From the NCBI GenBank assembly GCA_002269645.1, contig NIVC01002830.1, positions 1 to 64,000 on the forward strand: 64,000 nt of DNA, read 5' to 3'. Made by a program: the position numbers and the translations under genes. Below are positions 20,601-29,472 of the stretch, piece after piece (the stretch's first letter is position 1; every line of letters begins with the position of its first letter). This stretch comes from Macrostomum lignano (taxonomy: Eukaryota). The notes beneath the pieces were generated by a model. It did not search any database. It had not been told where the DNA came from and was given only the letters and a program-made list of their open reading frames with translations.

Positions 20601-22510
20601 CACCTGAAGCCCTGACAGAAAGCGAGACCCAGCTTGAATGTCCCAAATCTAGGACAAAGCTAATTGTCTCAGGTAGAGAAGTAGAAGTAGAAGAAGAGAC
20701 AGGAAAGTGTGAGAAACTGTTAACTGATTATCTCCCCAGCCCCCTGAAGAAAGAACAAATCCAAGAAGCCCAAGCTGCTGACCTCATCATCAAAGCTCTG
20801 TTAGAAGCCAAGAAACAGAAGTTGAGCCAACTTCCCAAAACACCGGACGTGCCAGAAAAGATCAGTAAGCATTATGCGCTGATGAAAATCGATAATGAAT
20901 TATTAACAATTACTGAAGACGGAAAAGACAAAGTAGTTTTGCCCTCATCCCTAGATAAAGCAGTCTTTACTGACCTTCACTGCAGCCCCCTCGCAGGACA
21001 TTTAGGAAGAGATAAGACGCTCCAGAGAATCCGAGAAAGATTTTGGCGACCTGGACTAAGCACTTCAGTTGAGCAATTAATTGCTGAGTGCATCCCCTGC
21101 CTTGAGAGCAAGAAAGGACACTTTGTCCAGGCCCCAGTCCAGTCATTCCCCATTGGCGAAGCATTTAGCCGCCTGCACATAGATATTATCGGTCCAATTT
21201 CTAAAGAAAGCAAACGAGGTCATAAATATGTCCTGACAGTTGTTGATAGTACAACTAGATACCCCTTCGCTTTTCCCATTAGAAACCAAAAGTCAGACAC
21301 AGTTATTAAGATACTACTTGAACGGATAGTAGCAGAGTACGGACAGCCCACCTGGATCCACACAGACAATGGAAAAACTTTCGCTAGTAAACAATTTAAA
21401 GCTTTTTGCGAACTTTATAATATTCGCCACACCTTCACTACCCCCTACCATGCCCAATCTAATGGACTAGTTGAACGTTTCAATAAGCAAGTCAAGTCAA
21501 TCATCACCTGTCTGATCAATAAGGATCATGGTGATTGGGATTTACTAATTCCAGCAGCCCTAGTAGCAGTCCGCACCAGCCCCAATTCAACCACAGGTTT
21601 TTCCCCTCACTTCCTATTATTTGGCAGAGAAGCCACCTTACCTCTAGACACTCAGATCAGAAGTACAGCAGAACACGCTGATTATCCCGCCTACATTACT
21701 AAGCATGCCGAAAGATTAGAGGAAGCTCATAAGATAGTCAAGAAGAAGTTGGAAAAAGTAGTAGAGAAAAGACAAGTCGCCGCTGAAACTAACAAGCTAC
21801 CCCCTAGAATTCCTATAGGTTGCCTTGCACTGATTAATAACCCCCAGCTAGATAGCGAAGAATCCCACAAGTTCCACCGAAAGAAGAGATCCGCCTTTAG
21901 AGTTTTAGCCCAACTATCAGAAGTGGTTTTCAAAGTCCAGAAAGAAGAAGAAGGAGAATTAGTAGGAAAAGAAATGCTCGTGCATCGAGATAACTTAACT
22001 CCAGTCCCGAACTCAACCCCAGAACAAATCACTAAGGAAGGCCAGCGAGATGCCTCTGATTCCGCCCCTGTTCCCATCCCCACTTCCGCTAAACCTAAGA
22101 GACAACCTGTAATTAAGGAAGGCCAACCCCGCCGAAATTCCCAAAAATTAATCTTGCCCGAACCAGTTGAATCAGAAGAAGAATCCGATGAAGAAGAAAT
22201 TAATTGGAGATGCCAAATTAGAGAAGCAGAGAACGAAGAGTTAGAAGAAGGAGACAATGAAATCCAGCCAGAAGAATGGAGTGAAGCCCAAACAGAGGAA
22301 GCGAATGAAATGACCGATGAGTCAGAGAGTGAGGCCCCAAACGAAGAGATCCCTGAGCCCCAACCCCCCTCTCCTGCCCCGCGAGATCCCGAACCCCCGC
22401 GCCGTCACCCCTACAATTTAAGGCCCCCACCCCAAAATAAACAGCGTTGCAACTGCCATCTAGACAGACTACTAATAGCACTAAACCTCTTGCGCAACTT
22501 AGAATTTTAG
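17672..22510 (+). CDS. pol: Pol polyprotein (protease, RT, RNase H, integrase), probably translated as Gag-Pol by -1 frameshift
   Basis: FLLDTGA (PR), YIDD (RT, 19529-19540), LDTDAS..IGACL (RH), H-x4-H...C-x2-C zinc finger, LHIDIIG / IHTDNG / NGLVERFN (IN DDE). Uninterrupted ORF of more than 1550 aa. Confidence 0.95.
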   Translation, partial: GKLRSQGRVKRPRPSGQNIAYSPASSSFEIAPQPKYRQPPQYGFRYPRKTSHVQPMPVNNAIFTSPNNFSLLACDEIDDVTPIAPHDPHVYNDPHATTAHATASHVTNAISAHHASAPHVPTALAPHVSHAIEANNALSSAETRSKKRRKPKPNSPSRIDLTKLEGYEAVIVGDIQKESIDFLLDTGARNNFLSRSTWSKLFRADQIRDTSKSISTFDGTPVQLEGEISAQVKFGDIQIEVDFLLCRHDCDNILGMEFFLSQCESIQLAKGMLVLNEGTCIPMQYTRLPVKVCRVYTQERVIIPANSALRIPVKLAKNCESNYGTPMTIETIGDTIRTRDFSLEMVPTLVTMKEGKGIVEIINRHPVDVNLTKTSLIGLARPMKAKDLTYWQTPTPNPQPSAKVNQTQCTEDSWINEVSLGPELSNEQRKAVIDLMKENREAFSQNELDMGLTHLVTHEISIKDPTPVRIPARRIPPHLQKQVDAQLDDMLAKNLIRPCYSTYSTPLVIVPKKDGSIRIVSNFRVLNSRVNYYPYPLPNIQETFSHLTGSQYFSSLDLNSGYWQVPIKEEDKHRTAFSTLTRGQFEYQVMAQGLSNAPGTFQRLMNLVLLGIQHKFAMSYIDDIIAYSQTFAEHLEHLREVFKRLIAAGLKLRPKKCNLFHHELKYLGHVIGRQGIQTDKTKIEAIQTWPRPKDVKELRSFLGLCNYYCRFVKNYAEVAHPLFQLTRKGVQNFQSKWSKVHDEAFESLKQRMMSTEVLAYPEYVEDENVKMVLDTDASDDRIGACLGQIQSDGIERPIAYFSRAMKESEKRYPITRKELLALVDAMRHFRFYLIGKKFLARTDHKAIIWLMKQTEATGILGRWIERLNEFRFDIEHRSGAKHSNADGLSRRPAEIAEAPEVSSEAAPELAEIAPEATPEVPDAATEPAEAIIETPEAFEENFKKTEPIPEKVEKLTPVPLRDESAPAETKDNPMSQSPEALTESETQLECPKSRTKLIVSGREVEVEEETGKCEKLLTDYLPSPLKKEQIQEAQAADLIIKALLEAKKQKLSQLPKTPDVPEKISKHYALMKIDNELLTITEDGKDKVVLPSSLDKAVFTDLHCSPLAGHLGRDKTLQRIRERFWRPGLSTSVEQLIAECIPCLESKKGHFVQAPVQSFPIGEAFSRLHIDIIGPISKESKRGHKYVLTVVDSTTRYPFAFPIRNQKSDTVIKILLERIVAEYGQPTWIHTDNGKTFASKQFKAFCELYNIRHTFTTPYHAQSNGLVERFNKQVKSIITCLINKDHGDWDLLIPAALVAVRTSPNSTTGFSPHFLLFGREATLPLDTQIRSTAEHADYPAYITKHAERLEEAHKIVKKKLEKVVEKRQVAAETNKLPPRIPIGCLALINNPQLDSEESHKFHRKKRSAFRVLAQLSEVVFKVQKEEEGELVGKEMLVHRDNLTPVPNSTPEQITKEGQRDASDSAPVPIPTSAKPKRQPVIKEGQPRRNSQKLILPEPVESEEESDEEEINWRCQIREAENEELEEGDNEIQPEEWSEAQTEEANEMTDESESEAPNEEIPEPQPPSPAPRDPEPPRRHPYNLRPPPQNKQRCNCHLDRLLIALNLLRNLEF

Positions 22511-22886
22511 CCCGTCTACACCTTCCTACCCCTCCCTCGCCGTCCCCATTCGCCCAACAGACCCCAAATTTTAGACAAAGAGAGCCCTCGACTAGACCCT
22601 TGCTATACACAAAGGACCCCTCGAATTATCGATCAACAAAGAAATTAGAGCCCAAAGAGCGTAGAAAAATGAGGTTGGTCACGAAAACAAGAGGACCTCC
22701 CTGGTCTGTGAACAATAGTCAGTAAATATAAGCATTTTAGGCCGTTGCACAATCAGATCCCAAGCCTCCTGCTCTCCGAAATTCCCGAATCCTCCGCAAT
22801 CACTACTGTCAAGCCCGACTTTTAAAATTTCTACTATCCAAGCGATTTTTAAGACCCTATACTGATCAAGCAATCAGTCCCCAATC

Positions 22887-23909
22887 ATGTACTCCGAGGA
22901 GAGTCTTAGGCAATTAGAGGATGACCTCCGCCTCAGCGATTCTGACGCTGATGAGTTCGACGACGAATCAGATAGCGACTTGCCTGTCCCCGAGCGCCAG
23001 CCTACGAGACCAAGTAAGCCCGGTCCCAAGCCCCGCATCGCCTCGGTTGTGACTCGTCCTCCGCCATCCACCTCAAACGCCTGCCCACCGTCATCCGCCT
23101 CAGACGCCTGTCCTCCGCCATCCACCTCAAACGCCTGCCCACCGTCATCCACCTCAGACGCCCGCCCGTCGCCATCCATCTCGGAAGCTCGAGTAGCACT
23201 GCTCAAGCGTCACGCCGACGTGCCAGTTGCTATCTCCCCGGCCGCCATTCAACGCCAACCCCCCAACACCAAGTCGGCTATCGTTTTGAGCACGAGTGAA
23301 GCCCCGCCGCCGCCCATCCGCAAGAGACTTGGACCCCGTCCTTCATCAGCGCAACAAGAGTCTCGACCCCGCTCCCGATCTCCGCCGAAGCAGCAGCCTG
23401 TGAAACCTCTTGTCACCCCGCCGCCGAATTATGGAGTACGGCCGATGAACCAGCCGCGTTCCCGCCCCGCTCCGCCGATCAAAATGGAGCCACTGGATTC
23501 TGGCATACCGCCCCTGATGGCCGGCTTTGTCAGGCAGGATCAGCCGCTGCGCGAAATCGGCGGTAACTTCACACAAGCTGTCGAGAGCCTGCCGGAGGCT
23601 CAGCGTGCCAGCTACCGCCGCCTGATTACGGCCATTAAGCTGTACTTGGTTCAGGCTGGAAGGTTTCGAGACGGACGCGAATTCCCACAGCGCGAGACTC
23701 TGCGGCCGGTTTTAAATAATCTGCGCCAACTGCAGCCCGTGCACGCAGTCGCTGCTTGGAGGCGCGCTGTGCATTACGCACTATCGGACCTTCGTCGCGG
23801 CCCTCGACGTTTCAACGAGCAGAGCCTCGGCCTCGAAATTCGCTGGCTCGGCCAGGAGTGCGGCTGGCCGTATCGTAATCAACTGCCAAGCGAGTTTAAT
23901 ATGTTTTAG
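22887..23909 (+). CDS. Gypsy ORF3: 340-aa accessory protein of unknown function (not env-like)
   Basis: Intact ATG-to-TAG ORF between pol and the 3' LTR: acidic N-terminus, 27-bp PPSTSNACP-type repeats, Pro/Ser/Arg-rich middle and ~110-aa helical-looking C-terminus. No signal peptide or TM segment. Confidence 0.8.
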   Translation: MYSEESLRQLEDDLRLSDSDADEFDDESDSDLPVPERQPTRPSKPGPKPRIASVVTRPPPSTSNACPPSSASDACPPPSTSNACPPSSTSDARPSPSISEARVALLKRHADVPVAISPAAIQRQPPNTKSAIVLSTSEAPPPPIRKRLGPRPSSAQQESRPRSRSPPKQQPVKPLVTPPPNYGVRPMNQPRSRPAPPIKMEPLDSGIPPLMAGFVRQDQPLREIGGNFTQAVESLPEAQRASYRRLITAIKLYLVQAGRFRDGREFPQRETLRPVLNNLRQLQPVHAVAAWRRAVHYALSDLRRGPRRFNEQSLGLEIRWLGQECGWPYRNQLPSEFNMF

Positions 23910-24074
23910 TAGCATTTGACATTCATTTTGCATGCGTAAAACTTTTAGATACATCATTTTGTTTCCATAATCTACGTTTTAATTTTGTGTGTATTGTTCA
24001 TTATTGCCTTATTAGTACTTTTTGAAAATTTTCACTCATTACTCATTCAAATTTTTCAAGCCAGGAAAGCCAAT

Positions 24075-25121
24075 TGTAAGAGCCATTATTCCTTGCCTAC
24101 TATACTTATACATTGCCTTATAAATACGACTATTTTTTAGATTCGATTGAAGAATTCTGTGCCTAATAAATATATGTTTTTAGTATTGTTAAGTAGTAAA
24201 ATAGCATCAATAGTAGCTTTTAGCCTAATTCTGTATCTTTAATTAGTTTTAATATGTACGCCATTTTTACCTGTAATACTATAAAAGAGAGAGAGAAAAA
24301 TAAACGAAGGAGAACTTGCGCTCGTTGGTTTCCTCCGCCTGCCAATTTTAGACTCCGGTCTTGGCCCCAGCGGTTGTAATTGTTCCAAAAATAGATCTGA
24401 ATTGGTCTTAGTCATTTAAAGGCGCTCCGCCTTCCCTCTCCCACGGAGCTTCGTACAGCCAGAAGCGTACAGGCCTCCTTTCCCCACTCTCCCCAGGACG
24501 TGCAGTTCCACCCCAAGCCACTCCCCTTTCCTCCTCTTTCCCAGAGAATATATGTCCCGCCCCTCAATCCTCTCCCCTCTTTGTGGACATTCTGTCTGCA
24601 CAGGTATACAGCCTTATTCCCTCGGACTTACAGTCTGATCCTCCCCCAAGCATCCCCGCTCCCGACCCTTCTTCGTAGAAATTTCCCACATCCATTAGGC
24701 AGATTGCCTTCTTATCTAATGCTGTCAGCATTCCCTATTAGTATTTAGAAGTTCCCCTTAGTGTGCTTTCCCAGGCAACTCTGATCCATCGCGAAGCCCT
24801 TAATTCCATCTCCCATCTATATTTCCCGGACTGAGAATAGAAACTGTGTCTTGCCGCTCGGACACACCACGCCACCAGGAGCAACCTATGGCTTACTCCT
24901 GTTAGTAGTATAAATTGCAAAGTTCGCCCCGGATTCTAAGAAGACCCTGAAAATTCCAATAACCCTCGACCCCCCTTACAACAGATTTTGGTGTCAGAAT
25001 AGGAAAAACTTCCCTCCCCCAAGAACCCTATAACAAATTTGATTGCAGCAGTAAGATTCTTAGACAAAAGGACCAGAACCCTACAACAGATTTGGTAGCA
25101 GCGTTGTTTACCCCTACAACA
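24075..25121 (+). repeat. 3' LTR (1047 bp)
   Basis: Near-identical to the 5' LTR; preceded by AAGCCAGGAAAGCCAAT (imperfect PPT). Confidence 0.97.
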
Positions 25122-26305
25122 CTCTCAAAAAAGTATAATAGTACATTTTAGCAAAAAATGCAAATATGAAAATTAACAAATATATTGTATATATATATTA
25201 GAAAAGAGAAAAAGTGAAAAATGAGAAGGAAAGAAAGTCAATAAATTATGGAACTTCAAATAGTAAATCTGAATAGGCCTAACTGGTAGACAGTCAACAA
25301 TTTTTATAAATGTCACAATAAAATATGAGGGATTTTATTTTTGGTATATTGAAAGATATAAACATGGTAAAGAAATTCAAATAGCATGGGAAAATTAAAA
25401 TACTTTATGCTTAGCTATATAAACAATAGCAAATTATTAGCCTATTAAATAAAACCAGAAATTCAAAATACTATACTCTAAAAATTGAAATATTATAAAA
25501 CTGAGTCTAATATACTCCCTTATAGTATAAATTATATATTAATATAGTCTAAAGACAGTCAATGGAATAAATACAATTGTTTAAGACAATGTATTTTTGT
25601 AAGGAAGGGCCTACCAAGGCATTAGACAGTTGAAAATTCAAGTTCAAGAGAGTAAAAGGTAAAGTATAAGGATGCAAAATCCTGAATGTGAAAAGAGATT
25701 TAAACAGCCTTTAAAATAGAGTGACTAAAAAAAAGACTAGGAATGTTTGCAGAAATACAAGCCAACCAGCTTATTAATATTACTAGGCCTACTACTACTA
25801 GAACTAAGCCCCATTGACCAACCCACTTAAATAAAGCTGCAGCAGACTGCAGAATTAAAATTAATTGCGCGTGCACGAGGTGTCTTTTATTCTAGTCCTT
25901 AAGTGACTTTATTCTCTAAATTTAAATGTATTTAAATATTTAGAAGCAAAAGAATTAGACTAAGGTTTTTGTTTTAGTATGTTACACTCAGATTGGATCC
26001 AATCCAGGCTGATCTGATCCAATCCGTCTTTTAGTGAGACCTGGTAATTAACTGCTGGCTGAAAGATTTATTCAATTTATCCACTATAACAAAGAAGCTA
26101 TCTTCTTGCCTTAAGTTATATGTTTATTTGTCACAAAATTATTTTAATTTACCAGCTATTTTAAATAGAAACAACTATTTCTATATTTGTATATTTTTTA
26201 AGGTTATGTTATGTAGGCCAAGATTTATAAGTGTTTTTTAAAACTAACTTAAGTTAGGCCTAGATAAAAGTTTTTATTTACTACTTGTGATAAGTAGTTA
26301 AATTC

Positions 26306-26683
26306 ATTACAAACCAAATATATTTTTTGTTATATAATTATAACCATTTAAAATAGGAAAGATTCAATTTACTTACTTACAAGAGTCCATTATCCATAGG
26401 CCTATCCATATGAATTAAATAGAAGTAATGGAAACAATATGCTTGTATGAAGCATCATAAGTAATAAGTAAAACTAGAAAACAAACCAGCAGATTGGCAA
26501 ATTTTATTTGTTTTAACTTTGCCTGGTCATGACAACTAGACAAGATTTGCAGTACTTAAAGCATTTTCTGTTACTGAATGAAGGGTTGATCAAATATTAT
26601 ATGCCAATTGCTTTAAGCTGGAGCGAAATACAACTTTCTATTTGGCACGCAATAAATTGACTCTTCGCAAATGTCTTTAGAGG
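26306..26683. repeat. Diverged direct repeat X abutting the left end of MULE-2 (partner 36326-36832)
   Basis: ATTACAAACCAAATATA...GCAAATGTCTTTAGAGG matches 36326-36832 in the same orientation, with many substitutions and indels. Confidence 0.85.
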
Positions 26684-26865
26684 ATGTCTATACTCACAGT
26701 ACCAGAACCAGTACCAAAAAATAAAATACAAAATACAAGTAAAAAACGAAAAATAACCTACAAAAATGTCTAAAATAGTAAAAAATCAACTCTAGTAATT
26801 ATTATAACCGTTACCACAGCGTTCAACATATTTCGTTTCAGCGAATTACATTACAGCATAACTTG

Positions 26866-27942
26866 TGTGGTAGGTGGGCTACCACCGGTGTTTTTGCTTT
26901 GTCCCCGGGTTAGGCCCTTTTGGTCCACCATGAGGTGCGAAATGACGTGTCCCGCCATCTCTCGTTCCCGGGTTTGCCCCTTTGGTTGGTCCCGCGGTTG
27001 CGCCCTTGTGTGGTTTGTCCCTTTCCCGTCTGTGGCCCCTTTTGTTGCCCCACCCCCGTGCCTAATTTACTTTGCTTATTTTCGGTTTAATATTTTGTTT
27101 TTTTCCAATCGATGCACCACCGCTGGATCCCGTAACTGATCCCAGCGTTGGCCTTGTTCACCCCAACTTGTGTCCTAACTTCTCCGTGTATATTTAATCA
27201 ATGCGAAATCGCAGCGTTTTACAAACTTCTCTAGCTTCACTAACTTCTCTAACTTCTCTAACTTTTTCTAATTTTTTTAACCTTTTTAACTTTTCTTTTA
27301 CTGTTTTTCCTCTCATCCTTTGTGTTTAACATTTAACTAGCTGTAGTCCATTAATAAAGCTTAAGAATCCTAAGTAGTTTAGCACCCCGGCACGCCGGAT
27401 CCACTTCCTCGATCGTACCTCGCTCCCTGTCGCATCAATACTTAATCCCTTTCGTTCGTCGACTTAATAAAACCGTAAACAGTCCGCTATTAATTTTCCT
27501 ATCAATTAACTGAAGCCTCGTTAGTCTATATTAAGTTATTTGCCCGTGGGGCGTAAAACAACAAGTTCTCAACTCAAAGAAAGTCTGAGACTTCAACGTT
27601 CCGTAATACGTAAATTACGGTGGTGGCAGCTCTACCCTACTGAAAGTAAGCCGATCAGCACATTCAACGCGTAAATTCTACGGTGTCAAAATCTACGGCG
27701 TCTACCATCTGAACGACCGTGCCGCTCTAACGACCGCTCTGCTACGATTACGACTACCCTCCCCCCGGACCTGAGGAACCCGGCAGTCGGAGTAAAACAG
27801 GAGAAAAGCGTCCGAATTTTCTGCAAATTTTTCCGGCTTTACAAGTGCCGAAGATCACGAAGGCGGCAGTTTAAAGTTGAAAGAAAAACCGCTCCAAGCT
27901 CCCAAGATCACCACTAAATTTTTCTTTTCTCCCCCCACCTCA
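26866..27942. mobile_element. Solo LTR (1077 bp) inserted in the MULE-2 left arm
   Basis: TG...CA ends with 4-bp TSD CTTG (26862-26865, 27943-27946). The right arm keeps the empty site (GCATTACAAGTTATGC at ~36128-36143). Confidence 0.9.
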
Positions 27943-28149
27943 CTTGTAATGCCTATTAAAATGCTTATTTGAAAATTAAAAGTAAAACACCGAAATTTAA
28001 CATTCTAGCTAAAAAACCTTAAAACAAATATATATAAAACTAAAAAACCTATCAACAATTGTTGGTGACGCCATAGATACAATATAAATATACCAAAAAG
28101 CTGTACATGTAATATGTTCAATTCCTGTAATTTTTCAGCAAAATTACTT

Positions 28150-28578
28150 TGGTGTACTTCGGCAGGAACCATTGTGAGTACGAAGCTGAAAACTGAGATC
28201 TGGAAGGAAACATTATCAATCTAGAAGCCTACAAGACGCCAAGGCTCCATCTGTTCCCTACTCGAACTTACAGACTCCCAAGTCCCCCCTGCTCAGTACA
28301 CTCAGCTGCAGAAAGTACTTTAGTGTACTTCGGCAGGAACCATTGTGAGTACGAAGCTGAAAACTGAGATCTGGAAGGAAACATTATCAATCTAGAAGCC
28401 TACAAGACGTCAAGGCTCCATCTGTTCCCTGCTCGAACTTACAGACTCCCAAGTCCCCCCTGCTCAGTACACTCAGCTGCAGAAAGTACTTTAGTGTACT
28501 TCGACAGGAACCATTGTGAGTACGAAGCTGAAAACTGAGATCTGGAAGGAAACATTATCAATCTGGAAGCCTACAAGA
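28150..28578. repeat. MULE-2 left arm: ~2.5 copies of a 171-bp unit
   Basis: GTGTACTTC recurs at 28152, 28323 and 28494. Confidence 0.95.
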
Positions 28579-29232
28579 CATTGCTTGAAATGTCTTTGAA
28601 ATGTCTTGAAATGTCTATTTCATTGCTTGAAATACTCGTACTTCAATTTCGCGTCAAATACACTCGCTCTCGCTGGGCTCGTTTCGCCCGACTTTTCGCC
28701 GCCACCCCTGCGTCTTCTTGTTCCTTTCGGTCCGGTTGGCTAAAGGTTTTTTTCTTGGTCACCTGTTCATTGCATTTTTTTATAACATGTTTTTGCCATG
28801 CTTGTGAATTCGTTAACTTTGCTACCCTCCTCTTTTTGCAACCAGGCTTGGGACTGGCTTTGGCAGAGTTTCTCACAAAGTTTTTGTGATTTGCAGAAAA
28901 TTCGTTAAATGCACAAAGAAATGTTGCTTGAGCATTTTCCGCATTGTATTCTTTGCTGAGCTATTGGCTCTCTCATGCGTATGATATTTAGCATGTACAA
29001 GTTTTTACTGTATAAGGTATTAGCTTTGTTATGCTAAATGTTTATGTTTTCTAGTTAATGTCATGTTTTTATACAGAAGATATTGGATATTATAGATAAT
29101 AAATATTTGGATATTATATAGAAAATTTAAGATATTATGTATTTCGAATATTATATAATATACGGAAGATCTTAGATATTATGTATTACAAATATAATAT
29201 TTTCAATTTAAGAAATCAGATACTACGAGCGT

Positions 29233-29431
29233 ATATGCAAAATACGCAGACGAGTATTTACAATTTCAGATACTATATGCAAAATACGCAGATGAGTATT
29301 TACAATTTCAGATACTATATGCCAAATACGCAGACGAGTATTTACAATTTCAGATACTATATGCAAAATACGCAGACGAGTATTTACAATTTCAGATACT
29401 ATATGCAAAATACGCAGACGAGTATTTACAA
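29233..29431. repeat. 42-bp minisatellite (~4.7 copies) downstream of the MULE-2 gene
   Basis: TATGCAAAATACGCAGACGAGTATTTACAATTTCAGATACTA repeated in tandem. Confidence 0.95.
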
Positions 29432-29472
29432 CAGTGTGTTCGCACAAAGCCGGTGAAAGTCAAAGAAAAATT

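Larger units (their letters stand above)
15557..25121 (+). mobile_element. Full-length Ty3/Gypsy LTR retrotransposon with three ORFs
   Basis: TG...CA LTRs of 1047 bp, PBS, gag, pol in PR-RT-RH-IN order, extra ORF3 and a purine-rich tract before the 3' LTR. Flanks CTTT/CTCT are a possible 4-bp TSD with one mismatch. Confidence 0.97.

Noticed and set aside
22887-23909. ORF3 as a retroviral env
   Set aside because: No signal peptide, furin site, fusion peptide or TM anchor.
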